In this document: one piece after another, positions 44,101 to 53,128 of the stretch
Position numbering within the stretch: position 1 is the stretch's first letter
Layout: every line of letters starts with the position of its first letter
DNA from: a virus
Virus record (IMG/VR): IMGVR_UViG_3300009182_000002
Coordinates: 33,730-97,729 of that record
DNA length: 64,000 nucleotides
Strand: one strand, 5' to 3'
Made by a program: the position numbers and the translations under genes
The notes under the pieces: generated by a model
What the model was told of the DNA's origin: nothing
Databases searched by the model: none
The model's input: only the letters and a program-made list of their open reading frames with translations

Positions 44101-45321
44101 CGTCAAAGACCTGCTTGTGGCGGTGGAGTTATCAACGGAAGCAGGGCTCGCGACCCAGTGACCGATACCGCCGTAGAACTCGGCGTCGTCAACCGTGGGC
44201 ATCCGGTTGTATCCAATGGTGACACCAGTGTTGAACCCAGTGACGCACTCAGAAAAAGTGATGAGACCTCGCGGTGCTCCTCTGAACTCGTTGATCTGGT
44301 CAGCGTTAGCAAGCGCCATCCGCAGCGAGCGCTTGCTAAGCGAGGAGTTGCTAGCGATACCAACTGTGTCGAGAGCCGCTGTTAGCGCAGCATCCGGAAT
44401 GAGTCGGGGCTCCCAGAGCCGAGAGACTCCTTCAAGATCTGAGCGGATGTCGTCCCAGACCCAACCCATGCCCGCGAGGACCTTAGTTAGCGAGGGGTCG
44501 CCTACCGTGAGGTCCAAGTCGGTATCTACGAGGGTATCCACTGTCGGGATACCGCCAAGATCGAATCGCTTGTTGGTCAGGTACGGGGGAAGAATCGACA
44601 CCAGCCGCTGGAACGACGAGAAGTCCTTGGGCACGCGAATCGTGGCGCTACCGGCGTAGTGCCACTCAGAGATGCTGGGAGTGGGGTCTTCGATGAACAA
44701 CGAGTAGTGGTACTCGTTTCCGGGAACCACGCTTAAATCGGTGAAAGACTTCTCTCCCGGCGCGAGAGAGGGAAGCGTGCTTCTTCCAACGCTGATTGTG
44801 ACTGTTCCTCCGGTCGATGTTGAGGAGGACTTGGTCGTGTGGCTGAAGGCGAACTGAGCAGGGTTGAGGACCGTGGAAATCTTCCACGTTCCGTCTGCGT
44901 TTCCGTTGCTAGTGCCCGAGATAACTACCGTGTCTCCAACATTAAGCAAGTGCGGGACATCGGTGTTGATGACGGTATAGCCATCGCTGTACCTGACTGT
45001 CGTGGCAGCGATGTTGAAGGTCTGTCGGGTGGCAGCGATGACGGAGCAGAACGGGTCGTTGTGAACTACTGCCGGGCCGTGAGTGCTGCGAAGAATCTTG
45101 ATGTCGCTGCTGAATTCTGCGTAGGTGTCCCAGAACAGCGTCGCCCGCCCGTAGACGGCGTTGCCATCCCCGTCCAGATGGCTGCCGGTTGCATCGGTTG
45201 GAAGGATCGTCAGGTACCTGAGCCGAAGATCGGGAATGTCACCGGTTCCGTACTGCGAGTACTTGAGGGACGAGTTCCCGTAGAAACTGTACGGCAGCAG
45301 GACTGTGGAGTACTTGGCCAT
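41125..45321 (-). CDS. Large baseplate/tail protein (P2 gpI/gp7-like core with repeated beta domains)
   Basis: 1398 aa; LP.YL...L..VL, RG...GL core; about five T.TT...HG...G..V.V repeats. Confidence 0.75.
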   Translation of the reverse strand: MAKYSTVLLPYSFYGNSSLKYSQYGTGDIPDLRLRYLTILPTDATGSHLDGDGNAVYGRATLFWDTYAEFSSDIKILRSTHGPAVVHNDPFCSVIAATRQTFNIAATTVRYSDGYTVINTDVPHLLNVGDTVVISGTSNGNADGTWKISTVLNPAQFAFSHTTKSSSTSTGGTVTISVGRSTLPSLAPGEKSFTDLSVVPGNEYHYSLFIEDPTPSISEWHYAGSATIRVPKDFSSFQRLVSILPPYLTNKRFDLGGIPTVDTLVDTDLDLTVGDPSLTKVLAGMGWVWDDIRSDLEGVSRLWEPRLIPDAALTAALDTVGIASNSSLSKRSLRMALANADQINEFRGAPRGLITFSECVTGFNTGVTIGYNRMPTVDDAEFYGGIGHWVASPASVDNSTATSRSLTSITPSGSFTGGDSVSAVAYVAPETPANGDLATSGAKALSMTPGSASNPCVHLGYGVAVSRVSPSAYVSNRVYTLTTAVPHGLERGDIVTMTSGFPYDNTSTNPSMVVTAIPGPTAVTVTLESDITPSAYSTFFGTGSPYNLLAAIPGRRNPFAVGNGVPVSEYSKYTFSYEGTMSATPSSGQVSPTTEIAFFDASGTYISKYTLGNSTAAQYEAAAVAYEDATTIYNSAATTTYTALTWTKNYATFTTPARTKYLSVRSLPVASDTTLTHYFRRFMVTAGETAYNYQSPNLVSIDLFSPPSSATWGPPRINLMTTPSFEAERVATASSGTSSGTTRTITTSSAHGFLSGQNVTVAFGDANYDGTFAVVSVPTSTTLTYTAGTSSSSNATLTTSTVTGRSLTATSPNTAAVSSSSFRLGTKAYALTVGSTSFNISSIAFSTPTVTVTTSAAHGLIAGQTVVIASATTSGNNGTFTVATVPSSTTFTVTNSSGATQASAAGTVGVALNNKIGTAFVQVPSTGTYTASAYFLASNSSAYNTSVRLLLDGYANGYSNYEFTPSTTNASVSNPPASPVAYCDGPSNTGTTTSASWLTSKTEWYDQQPAVAVTLANNADILNNVRGYRSGVYFPRTADSGNLGRVSVSAGSTYRAGAWVRLPSVAAAVGASVRWYDSAGDFLEETLDDALTIVFPSTNSRDYSWVSTTAAASGRTNSKTTTITAGTSSTTTRTITTSGNHGLLVGETVTVAVGDSNYDGSYAVVSVTSPTTFTYTAGTSTSSAALRSTNPTVSVTRAVAAAVLTIYANNMTEDMCGKTVYVTCPTFTLASAPEVTAFESASIGSDSIWQRTSVTFNMPLATDLVPRITARTMGTQPVYGSAYYTDSWLVESGDVLMSYFDGNSYSGSNFNIAPYFAGWTGTTNLSTTMTGRTLPTSAVSDNTSAHINTAINYLRSEIPNNVAIGIPYRITFNGLIDNSTPVSSIDPTFTQTYVSTVY

Positions 45322-45324
45322 GTC

Positions 45325-45660
45325 CTACACCTTCTTGTTAAGACTCGCTCCAAGCGTGACCATGACCTCGTGATGATTCCTGTCAATGATCCGAAGGAGT
45401 GCGTCGAACTGGGTCTCTCCGTTGACGAGGCCTCTTAGAACCTCGTTCTCCTGCTCCAACTTGTCCACCTTGGCAATCAACACTTCGCGCTCGTCTTCAA
45501 GAGCGCCTACGCGCTTGTCGAGTGCCTCTGATAGATCCTGCAACTGGCGGATGGTTGTTTTGGTGTAGGTGCTGCGGAAGTAGGCAACGATGAATGCAGC
45601 CGCTCCAACAAGCGCCAACAAAATGCCAATGAAGTCCACAACACCGGGTAGATCCAGCAT
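45325..45660 (-). CDS. N-terminal TM + coiled-coil protein (lysis-associated candidate)
   Basis: Hydrophobic N-terminus; heptad repeats. Confidence 0.6.
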   Translation of the reverse strand: MLDLPGVVDFIGILLALVGAAAFIVAYFRSTYTKTTIRQLQDLSEALDKRVGALEDEREVLIAKVDKLEQENEVLRGLVNGETQFDALLRIIDRNHHEVMVTLGASLNKKV

Positions 45661-45662
45661 CG

Positions 45663-47123
45663 CTACGTCTTGATGAGGAATCGCAGGGACACATAGGGGG
45701 GAAGAACGTTGGTGATCGGACTTCCGGCTAGGCCGTCCGCGCTACCGTTTCCTGACGACCCGGCGCTCTGTCCCACGATGTTCACGACGTGAGAGTGCGC
45801 GCTGGTTCCGTAGATGATGTCGGGGTGATCCGCCTTGCTTCCCTCGGTGGCATAGCCACCCGTGGTCTGCGGTCGGAGCGCGTCCCAGTTGCCTGCACCG
45901 CCACCCGCAAAGTCGCTCCGGTAGAACCCGGTGTGGGTGTGACCGGCGCTTCCTGACGGAATGGTGTCTCCCGTGGTGTAGCCATTGACGTTGTAATCTC
46001 GGCTCACCTGAACGGTGTGATCGTGAGAAATGGTGTGGGCGTGCGTCGGGAGATTGGCCTTGGTAAGCGTGACGCTTGACGACCCACCTGTGGTGAACCC
46101 GCTGCTGTAGGGCGTTGTTGATGTGGTGCCACGAGCAAATGCGTTGTTCAGGTTTGGAACGGTGAAGTTGCCGCTAGAAACGCCAAGAGCCGTCCCGAGT
46201 GCCGTGTACGACGAGTAGGCGTAGGTCGATCCGTCGCACTCCAACCAACCGGTCGGGACCGTGCCATTGCCCGCGTACATAACAACCGTTCCGGGAGGGA
46301 CAAGGCCCGAAGCAGTAGGAGCGCTGGCGAAGGTGACCGAACCGGAGAAGTTGATATTGCCAGCAACAGTTCCTGTGATCGTGGGACTGGTAAGAGTCTT
46401 GTTGCTAAGCGTCTCGGTACCAGTAAGCGTCGCGGCGTCGAGCCCACTCTTGCGAAGAGTGGCCACGTCGATAGAGCCGCTGGTGATCGAGACTGACGTG
46501 AGCGTCGCGCTGGAAATGGTGCTTCCGTCGATGCCACCAGTAGTTAGTACCGTCTTGCCGTTGACAGTGAGGTTGGTCGTTGCAGCGATGGTGGTTGCGG
46601 TGACCGTGGTAGCCGCGATGGTGCCGGTGCCGGTGATCGACGGGCTTGTCAGTGTCTTGTTGGTAAGGGTCTGGGTGGACGAGACATCCACGACAGCGAT
46701 GTTGAGGACGCTGATCGAGTCAGCGTTGATGGTTCCACCGTTGATGACCGGTGTCGTCAGGGTCTTTGACGTCAGGGTCTGGACCTTGTTAGTGCCAACG
46801 ACGTCTCCGTTACCAACGCCGTGAACGTTCGAGGTGGACCCGTTGTGGCCAGTGGTGCTGGAGCCGATGGCGCTGTACATGCCCGACAACTTGCTGGCAA
46901 GATCCGAGTACGCAGAACCACCTGCGGGGTTCGCCAGAAGGCTCGTGTTGCTGCCCAGCGCCTGCTCGATCTCGATGACCTCAGCCTGAACGAGGTTCAT
47001 ATGAGCGGCTTCGATGGTCTGGCTGGTAGCACGAGCCGGAAGGTTTGCGATAAGGCTTGTGACGTTGCCGTAGGACGCCGTGTTCGTCGCTGACGGATAC
47101 GTCCCGCCATTCGGGTACGTCAT
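45663..47123 (-). CDS. Tail fibre protein with tail-collar domain
   Basis: QTLTNKTLTSP repeats; P.G.VVMYAG...P.GWL.CDG...F.VP.L; PPY..L.FLIK. Confidence 0.88.
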   Translation of the reverse strand: MTYPNGGTYPSATNTASYGNVTSLIANLPARATSQTIEAAHMNLVQAEVIEIEQALGSNTSLLANPAGGSAYSDLASKLSGMYSAIGSSTTGHNGSTSNVHGVGNGDVVGTNKVQTLTSKTLTTPVINGGTINADSISVLNIAVVDVSSTQTLTNKTLTSPSITGTGTIAATTVTATTIAATTNLTVNGKTVLTTGGIDGSTISSATLTSVSITSGSIDVATLRKSGLDAATLTGTETLSNKTLTSPTITGTVAGNINFSGSVTFASAPTASGLVPPGTVVMYAGNGTVPTGWLECDGSTYAYSSYTALGTALGVSSGNFTVPNLNNAFARGTTSTTPYSSGFTTGGSSSVTLTKANLPTHAHTISHDHTVQVSRDYNVNGYTTGDTIPSGSAGHTHTGFYRSDFAGGGAGNWDALRPQTTGGYATEGSKADHPDIIYGTSAHSHVVNIVGQSAGSSGNGSADGLAGSPITNVLPPYVSLRFLIKT

Positions 47124-47182
47124 GCTTGTCCTTCCTCTAGGCCCTCCTTAGATGGTCTTACACCGCTGTCTGTACGTCAGGG

Positions 47183-49585
47183 TCAAGCGGTACCGAGGTC
47201 AGCGATTCCGGTTGAACCACCGATCTTGATGACCATGTTTCCTTCGGTGTATGTGTCCTTGGCGTACCCAGAACCTTGTGAGGCAGTGAACGCCGAGGTG
47301 CCGCTTCGGAGGCCAGACAACAGCCTTAGAACTCCTCCAGTTCCGCTGGAGATCATGTCCGTGTCGTTTCCTCCGGACAGGCTCAACAGATCAACGGTTG
47401 CGTATCCGATTTCGGCCAGTTTGGACAGTTCTCCAGCGATGGACTGCTTTCGGACCACCGCTCCCATCTCGATGTTCTCGTAATCGAAGATGGACAGGAT
47501 GGTGTCCTTAGCAGCCTTGATCGCGGCGGACTGAGCAACAGTCGATTCGACGTAGATCGTTGCGGTGATCATTACGTCTTCGTACAAGGGGCCAGAGACG
47601 GTGACGTTGGTTCCAGCCGAGGAACGTTCCTCAAGGAACGCCTCCACCTTCCCGCGAAGCGCTTCGAAGTCGGTGTCTTCTCCGCTGATAACAACGCCAG
47701 CGCTAGCAACTGCGTTGGTACCTGAGTTTCCATCAGCCGCGCTTGCCACTGTGCTGCTGGTGCTAGCAGTCAGCGAACTGCTGGTGTAGGAGAAGGTGAA
47801 GGAGTTGGTGGAGATGCTGGTGACGGTCGCCGCCACCGATCCACCAATGGTCACCTTCTCACCGACCTGAGGAAAGTTGAGCGGAGTTGTGGCTACCACG
47901 GGGCTCGTTCCCGTTTGGAACGTGGCGGTACCGGTAGCAGGAGTTGCAGTGCTTCCGGTACCGAGCGTCCCGCTCGTAGTGATGCCGGTAGTTGTAGTGC
48001 TGATTCCAGCGGAGTAACGAACTGTCGGCCTTCCAACCCCGGTGCTGGGGTCTGGGTTGGCGCTGTCCGAGGTTATTAGTGTGAAGGGGGTGTTCGACTT
48101 GTCGTACCCGTCTCCCAATCCCGATACCGACATTGTGCCCTGAGTGAGGTACTTGGTCGTGAGCGTTGCCGCCGAAGAAGTACTGGTGCTCGCTGAGTAG
48201 GTGAATGTCGTCGTGCTGGGAACGGACGCGATGGTGAATGAGCCGTCGTAGTTGGAGTCCCCAAAGTAGACAGTTACGGTCTGACCGGCGGTAAACCCGT
48301 GGGCAGCAGTCGTGGTGACCGTGCGCGTAGTGGTAGACGAAGTTCCGGAAGCCGCTGTTGCCGTGATGATTCCGGCTGGGATAGAGGAAAGCACCAACGT
48401 GTTAATGGTGCTGGTGCGGTATCGAGCGAGAACCGAAGCGACGTAGTAGCCGGGCGCTGCGTAGCCGGAGGACGACTGCGGAGAAACGTAGAGCGTCACC
48501 GAGGTTGCGTTGTTAGCCCTTGCTTGGGCTTTGGCAACGCCGGGGTAGGTGAGTGCAATATCCGAGAAGTCCCGCTTCGTTACCGCGCGGTTGCGGCTTC
48601 GGAATGTGGCCGGGGCGTTCTTTCGGATGCTCGCGTTGCTTTCGGGCTCGGTACCACCAAATGCATCCGAGTTAGAGATGCCGTAGAGGTTCGCCGGTCC
48701 AGTTAGCCGAGTACCCGCAGGGACGTTTCCGAATCGCCCACCACCGGTTCGGTACGTGGCGTAGATGGTGTGGTCCTTCGGAGGAATGCGACCGTTCACG
48801 CCGTCACCGAAACGCAGGCGAACAGAGTCCGCGTCCACGATGAGGCTGTAGGCGTTCTGGGAGGGAAGGAGAGCGGCAAGCCCGGTCGTGCGGGCGTAGA
48901 TGATGGGGCCGTTGTCCCACGCGGTGTTACCATAGCGGGCGTAGCCGTACAGAGGATCAGCGTTTGCGTTGGCACCGTCGTAGCCGCCGATGGTTCCGCT
49001 GGCTACGTACAGCGAGCCCTCGATCAGGCTTCCGGTCGGGATCACAAATTCCTGATCCGACGACCCATCACTGACGCCCAAAGTCTGCTGGAACGCTGTT
49101 GAGCCCTGAACAGCCCTGACGGTAATGCTTCCATTGGAAGGGACATCGACACTCTTGATGCTGCTCCACGAAATAGCCGCACTGTCCAACTGAACCTCAA
49201 AGACAACCTGTTTCTGAACTCCACCATCTACGACGTTGCCGGTGAACTGCGTCCCCGTGTAGACAGTGGTGGGGGTGCTGCCCGGGTTGTAGATTGTCAA
49301 CGAGCCGATGATTGCGGGCATGGACGTTGCCGGGGTGTATCCGAGCATGCGCGCGATATCGATGACGGACTGACGCTGCGTTGCGGTTGAGAGGTAGGCC
49401 TCGTTAACAACGCGGTCGGTGTAGTAGGAGGTTACGTCCCCCAAATACGCGAACGCTTCCACAAGGGCCAGCCCGACGTCCGAGGGATCACCGGAGTTCC
49501 AGTCAGGAATCCGCTCTTTGATAACGGAGATAAGTTCCTCGCGCAGAGACGCATAGTCGCGAGAGGTGTAGTCGATTGCTGGCAT
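47183..49585 (-). CDS. Baseplate J / gp6-like wedge protein
   Basis: IDYTSRDY, D.G..L.E.FAY.GD, FGDG..G..P, RAVT..DF. Confidence 0.92.
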   Translation of the reverse strand: MPAIDYTSRDYASLREELISVIKERIPDWNSGDPSDVGLALVEAFAYLGDVTSYYTDRVVNEAYLSTATQRQSVIDIARMLGYTPATSMPAIIGSLTIYNPGSTPTTVYTGTQFTGNVVDGGVQKQVVFEVQLDSAAISWSSIKSVDVPSNGSITVRAVQGSTAFQQTLGVSDGSSDQEFVIPTGSLIEGSLYVASGTIGGYDGANANADPLYGYARYGNTAWDNGPIIYARTTGLAALLPSQNAYSLIVDADSVRLRFGDGVNGRIPPKDHTIYATYRTGGGRFGNVPAGTRLTGPANLYGISNSDAFGGTEPESNASIRKNAPATFRSRNRAVTKRDFSDIALTYPGVAKAQARANNATSVTLYVSPQSSSGYAAPGYYVASVLARYRTSTINTLVLSSIPAGIITATAASGTSSTTTRTVTTTAAHGFTAGQTVTVYFGDSNYDGSFTIASVPSTTTFTYSASTSTSSAATLTTKYLTQGTMSVSGLGDGYDKSNTPFTLITSDSANPDPSTGVGRPTVRYSAGISTTTTGITTSGTLGTGSTATPATGTATFQTGTSPVVATTPLNFPQVGEKVTIGGSVAATVTSISTNSFTFSYTSSSLTASTSSTVASAADGNSGTNAVASAGVVISGEDTDFEALRGKVEAFLEERSSAGTNVTVSGPLYEDVMITATIYVESTVAQSAAIKAAKDTILSIFDYENIEMGAVVRKQSIAGELSKLAEIGYATVDLLSLSGGNDTDMISSGTGGVLRLLSGLRSGTSAFTASQGSGYAKDTYTEGNMVIKIGGSTGIADLGTA

Positions 49586-49587
49586 GC

Positions 49588-49968
49588 TTAGGCTCCGAGT
49601 CCGTAGGTGCTAGGGCTAGCCGACATAGTGGTCGTGTCCACAACCCCATTAGGAAGTTGGTACCAAACGTCCACTACGAGAGCGCCGTCGTCACCCTCAT
49701 TGACGTCAATCTTGTGCAAGATGACGTCCGGCAAGTGATTCGAGAATGCACTACCAACGATACCGGCGATGTGGCGCTTAGCATCGGTGTAATTGTCAAA
49801 CAAGGAAGCCTGTGCAGCGGTCCCGAATGAGGGGCGCATGACTCTCACACCCTTGGGTGTACACAGGACTGAAAGAACTCGTTGACGCCACAAGTCTTCA
49901 TAGGTCTTAGTAGTGCCAAATGCTGAACGGTTGTTCAGGTACATCGGAATTGCTAGATCGCCGTTCAT
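49588..49968 (-). CDS. gp25/GPW-like baseplate wedge protein
   Basis: L.T..G.R.MRP.FG motif. Confidence 0.85.
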   Translation of the reverse strand: MNGDLAIPMYLNNRSAFGTTKTYEDLWRQRVLSVLCTPKGVRVMRPSFGTAAQASLFDNYTDAKRHIAGIVGSAFSNHLPDVILHKIDVNEGDDGALVVDVWYQLPNGVVDTTTMSASPSTYGLGA

Positions 49969-49969
49969 G

Positions 49970-51202
49970 TCACACCTCCACCAGAGTCGTGTTTTGCCAG
50001 ACCGCCCCTGTAAAGGCGCGTCCGATGAATCCCTCGTAGTCTCGGGGGATTGTGTTCAACGTGCTGTCGTCAGTGAGAGACCGGAGAGTTTGGTACTGCC
50101 CGACGTCTCTAGCAACGATGTTGTCTCTGACGGCTTCGGACAGGCCTGACGCTGGCTGCGGCTCAGCACCCCGTAGAAGGTCTGACCCAACTTGAAAGTC
50201 CATGAGGTAGCGCGACGTGTCGGTGATCCGATGAACCACCGATAGGACGGTCCAGTAGCCTTCGTAGGGGTTGGGAAGTCCCTTGAGATAGACCATTTTA
50301 TCGGGCGAAGTCACCGGGCTTCCAACGGAGGAGACGCGAGCACGATAGGTAAAGCGGCTCGCCTCCACAGTCGCGTCAAGACTGGCCTGTGCATCCTGAA
50401 TTGAGTTGGTAACCGTGTCCACTGGCTTGGTGAAGATCCCGGATACGTCGTTGAGTCCTAGGCCACGCTCAAGGCTGACAGTCTGCCCGGTGGCGGGGTC
50501 AACGGCCCGCACACTCTTCCGAGTGTTGGACACGCCAATCTCCGGTAGGTAGTCGCCGATGATCGGGTCGAAGTCGAACATCGTTGACAACGTGGACGTG
50601 CTGTTAGAAACCCCGGATGTCATGGTGAGGATCTGAGCCATGGGCTTGTTCTGCGCCTCGAATGTCGCTCGTGAGAGAAACTCGATTCGAGTCTGGTTTG
50701 CCCGGAGCACATACCCGGTTTCCTTGGCAAGGCGGCATAGCAACGCCCAGTCGCTGATGGTCGGTTGTAAAACCGTCTCGTAGATTCGCGGATGAGGTTC
50801 GGTCACTGCGCGGAGTCCGTGTTCCATAGCAATCTTACGAACTACGAGATCCGCCGTGACGTTGGTAAAGGAACGTTGCTTAACGGAGATGAGTGGGAAT
50901 GACGCTCCCACGCACACCACGTCACTGGTGTAGTTGTCCGACCCGAAGTGCGCCCGGACGTGGTGGACGTACCCAACGAACTGGTTACTTCCCCACCGGT
51001 TGCTCCACCGAATCTTCACGGGCGCTCCGGTGGTGAAACTCTTGTGCATGTTGTCTAACTTGCCGCCGTAGGAGACCACCGCAACGTCGTGGCTCCCCTG
51101 CGACTGCCGAATCTCGACCATAGGCATGAGCACGCCGGTAGACCCGCTGAGGGGAAACTCGACGGAGTACTGAGTTAGAGACTTGCGATCCGCGTTAGCC
51201 AT
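49970..51202 (-). CDS. Baseplate hub (gp27/GpD-like)
   Basis: F.GY.H.V, Q...SDW..L.RLA...GY, G.W.V.SV.H. Confidence 0.85.
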   Translation of the reverse strand: MANADRKSLTQYSVEFPLSGSTGVLMPMVEIRQSQGSHDVAVVSYGGKLDNMHKSFTTGAPVKIRWSNRWGSNQFVGYVHHVRAHFGSDNYTSDVVCVGASFPLISVKQRSFTNVTADLVVRKIAMEHGLRAVTEPHPRIYETVLQPTISDWALLCRLAKETGYVLRANQTRIEFLSRATFEAQNKPMAQILTMTSGVSNSTSTLSTMFDFDPIIGDYLPEIGVSNTRKSVRAVDPATGQTVSLERGLGLNDVSGIFTKPVDTVTNSIQDAQASLDATVEASRFTYRARVSSVGSPVTSPDKMVYLKGLPNPYEGYWTVLSVVHRITDTSRYLMDFQVGSDLLRGAEPQPASGLSEAVRDNIVARDVGQYQTLRSLTDDSTLNTIPRDYEGFIGRAFTGAVWQNTTLVEV

Positions 51203-51476
51203 TCCTAGGCACCTTCAGGATCGTTCCCGGCTCAATGTTGAATGCGTCCAGAATGGTCGGGTTGGCGTCCATGATCCACCACCAGAGTCCCGGGTCTCCC
51301 AGAAGATCGGCAGCGACCATGTCCATTCGGTCGCCCTCAGTCCACTGGTACTCGATCCATCGAAACTCTCCCATTTGTAGTGGAGGTCTCCGCACTACCG
51401 TCCTTCGGACTTGGCCGTATAGATCTGCAACGGGCGTGACAACAGAGTTTGCGTATCGACTGTTTAGAAAGATCAC
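51195..51476 (-). CDS. LysM/tail-X-like baseplate protein
   Basis: GDR.D.VA...LGDP.LWW.I.DANP...PG..L.VP. Confidence 0.85.
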   Translation of the reverse strand: MIFLNSRYANSVVTPVADLYGQVRRTVVRRPPLQMGEFRWIEYQWTEGDRMDMVAADLLGDPGLWWWIMDANPTILDAFNIEPGTILKVPRNG

Positions 51477-53128
51477 GGCGTCGTCCCTGTTCCAGTGCCT
51501 GTGCCTGTGCCTGTTCCAGTACCTGTTCCGGTGTTTGATCCGGCGGGTGTACCGGGAACAAGAATTCCCGACTTAAGGTCTCCGTTCCCTGTTCCGGCAT
51601 CGCTGAAGAACTTGTTCGAGTCCTCCACACCGCTTCCCCATGTAAGGGGGCGCTGGATGGAAAGGTTGACCTGCGAGTACTTCGGCACCATGTTTTCAGT
51701 GAAGAGCAAGTGCTGAATCTCAACGCTGGTGATTCGACCAACGAACGTGATGTTGGGGCCCAACCAAACACGTACTGGGATGGCGTTCAAGAAACCGTAG
51801 TCAGCAGTGCGAGTGCTCTTATCGCGACCGTCCATTGCCAGAGGATCTTCCGAAGCACCTCCGAGGTACTTGCGGTGGTATGAGGGCTGACCATCTCCGT
51901 TGACTGATTTGTATAGGTACTCGATGTCTGCCAGCGTTCCGTAGGCCTGAAGAGCGTCTACTTTCTGCGCGATGGTTGCGTTCTCGGCGGAAGGTACGAA
52001 CTTTGGAGGCTGTTTTCCTCGACCTCCAAAGACCGAACCACTCACGTACGTAGGGTCTGAATCCGGAACGCCCTTCTCACCGGCTAGCGTCTTGTCTGAT
52101 TGCCAATTGGTGACTTCGATCAACTGGTCTCGTGTCATGGTCAGTTCGATGATCCGGTTTACGAACACCGTTAGACCGACACCAGCCCACCCGCCCATCA
52201 GCGGCAAATTCAGCGGCCTTGACCCCATGACGTTCTGTGGGTCGATGGACTCGGTCATCTGAGTGTTCATGGTCCACGACGACGGGTTGTAGTGGAACCT
52301 GAACCCGTACATGTGCGAGAAGGTCGGGTACGCCGGGTTGCCCTCGAACGTGTGAAGCATGCCATTGCGCCAAGTCGCACCGATGGTCTGCTGGATAGTA
52401 CGGAGTTCACGACCGTCGTACTGTGTGACTGTTCGAGTTCGTGGGCTTCCAAAAGCAATCTTGTTAAGACGAAGATTGGTCTCGATACCTGCCTTGGTAT
52501 CGATGAAAGTTTTGGTGACGCTGGTGGTGCTTCCTGCCCCCGGAGGATTCTGGAGGTTGCCCCCACCACCGGTAGCCGTGGCATCTTCCACGTAGTACTC
52601 GTCGTCCTCGTACTTCTCCATAACGTTTACGATGCTCTCTTGCGTCAGATCGCCCTTGCTAAGAATGGTGTAGACCGCCTTGTTGGTTCGGTAGTGCTGG
52701 TACACGGTGCCAACTAGACCACCGGGTGGCATCCTCGCTGGGTCACCGTTCTTGGCGGCAGGAACCGGAGTGCTACCTGCTCGACCTCCGCTGTTACCTA
52801 TGGGAGGCGCAGAGCCCGTGATCGAGTCCAGTTTGGACGCCATGTCGATAACTTGATCAAGGGTGAACGTCTTCTTTACCGTGTAAGCGCCAGACCACTG
52901 CACCTGAGTGGCGTCCAGCCCGATGTACTTCTTGGATGTCGTATCGGAAGATTTGTAGTCGGGGTTCTTGATGACCAACTGCAAGTAGCAGTTGCCATCA
53001 AGAGCGCTTGATTTGGGGAAGGTGTAGGTGACCTCGTACTGAACCTCGGAGAGGTTCTTGATCGTGACCTTGACATCTTTCTTAGTCAACGTGGGGGCAG
53101 TGATCGGGGGTAGAGAATTGTTAGCCAT
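51473..53128 (-). CDS. Tail-tube initiator / baseplate protein
   Basis: GF.FHYNP, G.I.S..I.H..F..NMVP; position after the TMPs; C-terminal (GT)n. Confidence 0.65.
   Translation of the reverse strand: MANNSLPPITAPTLTKKDVKVTIKNLSEVQYEVTYTFPKSSALDGNCYLQLVIKNPDYKSSDTTSKKYIGLDATQVQWSGAYTVKKTFTLDQVIDMASKLDSITGSAPPIGNSGGRAGSTPVPAAKNGDPARMPPGGLVGTVYQHYRTNKAVYTILSKGDLTQESIVNVMEKYEDDEYYVEDATATGGGGNLQNPPGAGSTTSVTKTFIDTKAGIETNLRLNKIAFGSPRTRTVTQYDGRELRTIQQTIGATWRNGMLHTFEGNPAYPTFSHMYGFRFHYNPSSWTMNTQMTESIDPQNVMGSRPLNLPLMGGWAGVGLTVFVNRIIELTMTRDQLIEVTNWQSDKTLAGEKGVPDSDPTYVSGSVFGGRGKQPPKFVPSAENATIAQKVDALQAYGTLADIEYLYKSVNGDGQPSYHRKYLGGASEDPLAMDGRDKSTRTADYGFLNAIPVRVWLGPNITFVGRITSVEIQHLLFTENMVPKYSQVNLSIQRPLTWGSGVEDSNKFFSDAGTGNGDLKSGILVPGTPAGSNTGTGTGTGTGTGTGTGTTP

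Noticed and set aside
51480-51535. GT-coding hexamer repeat as a contingency locus
   Set aside because: Codons vary synonymously and encode a Gly-Thr tail; ordinary low-complexity terminus
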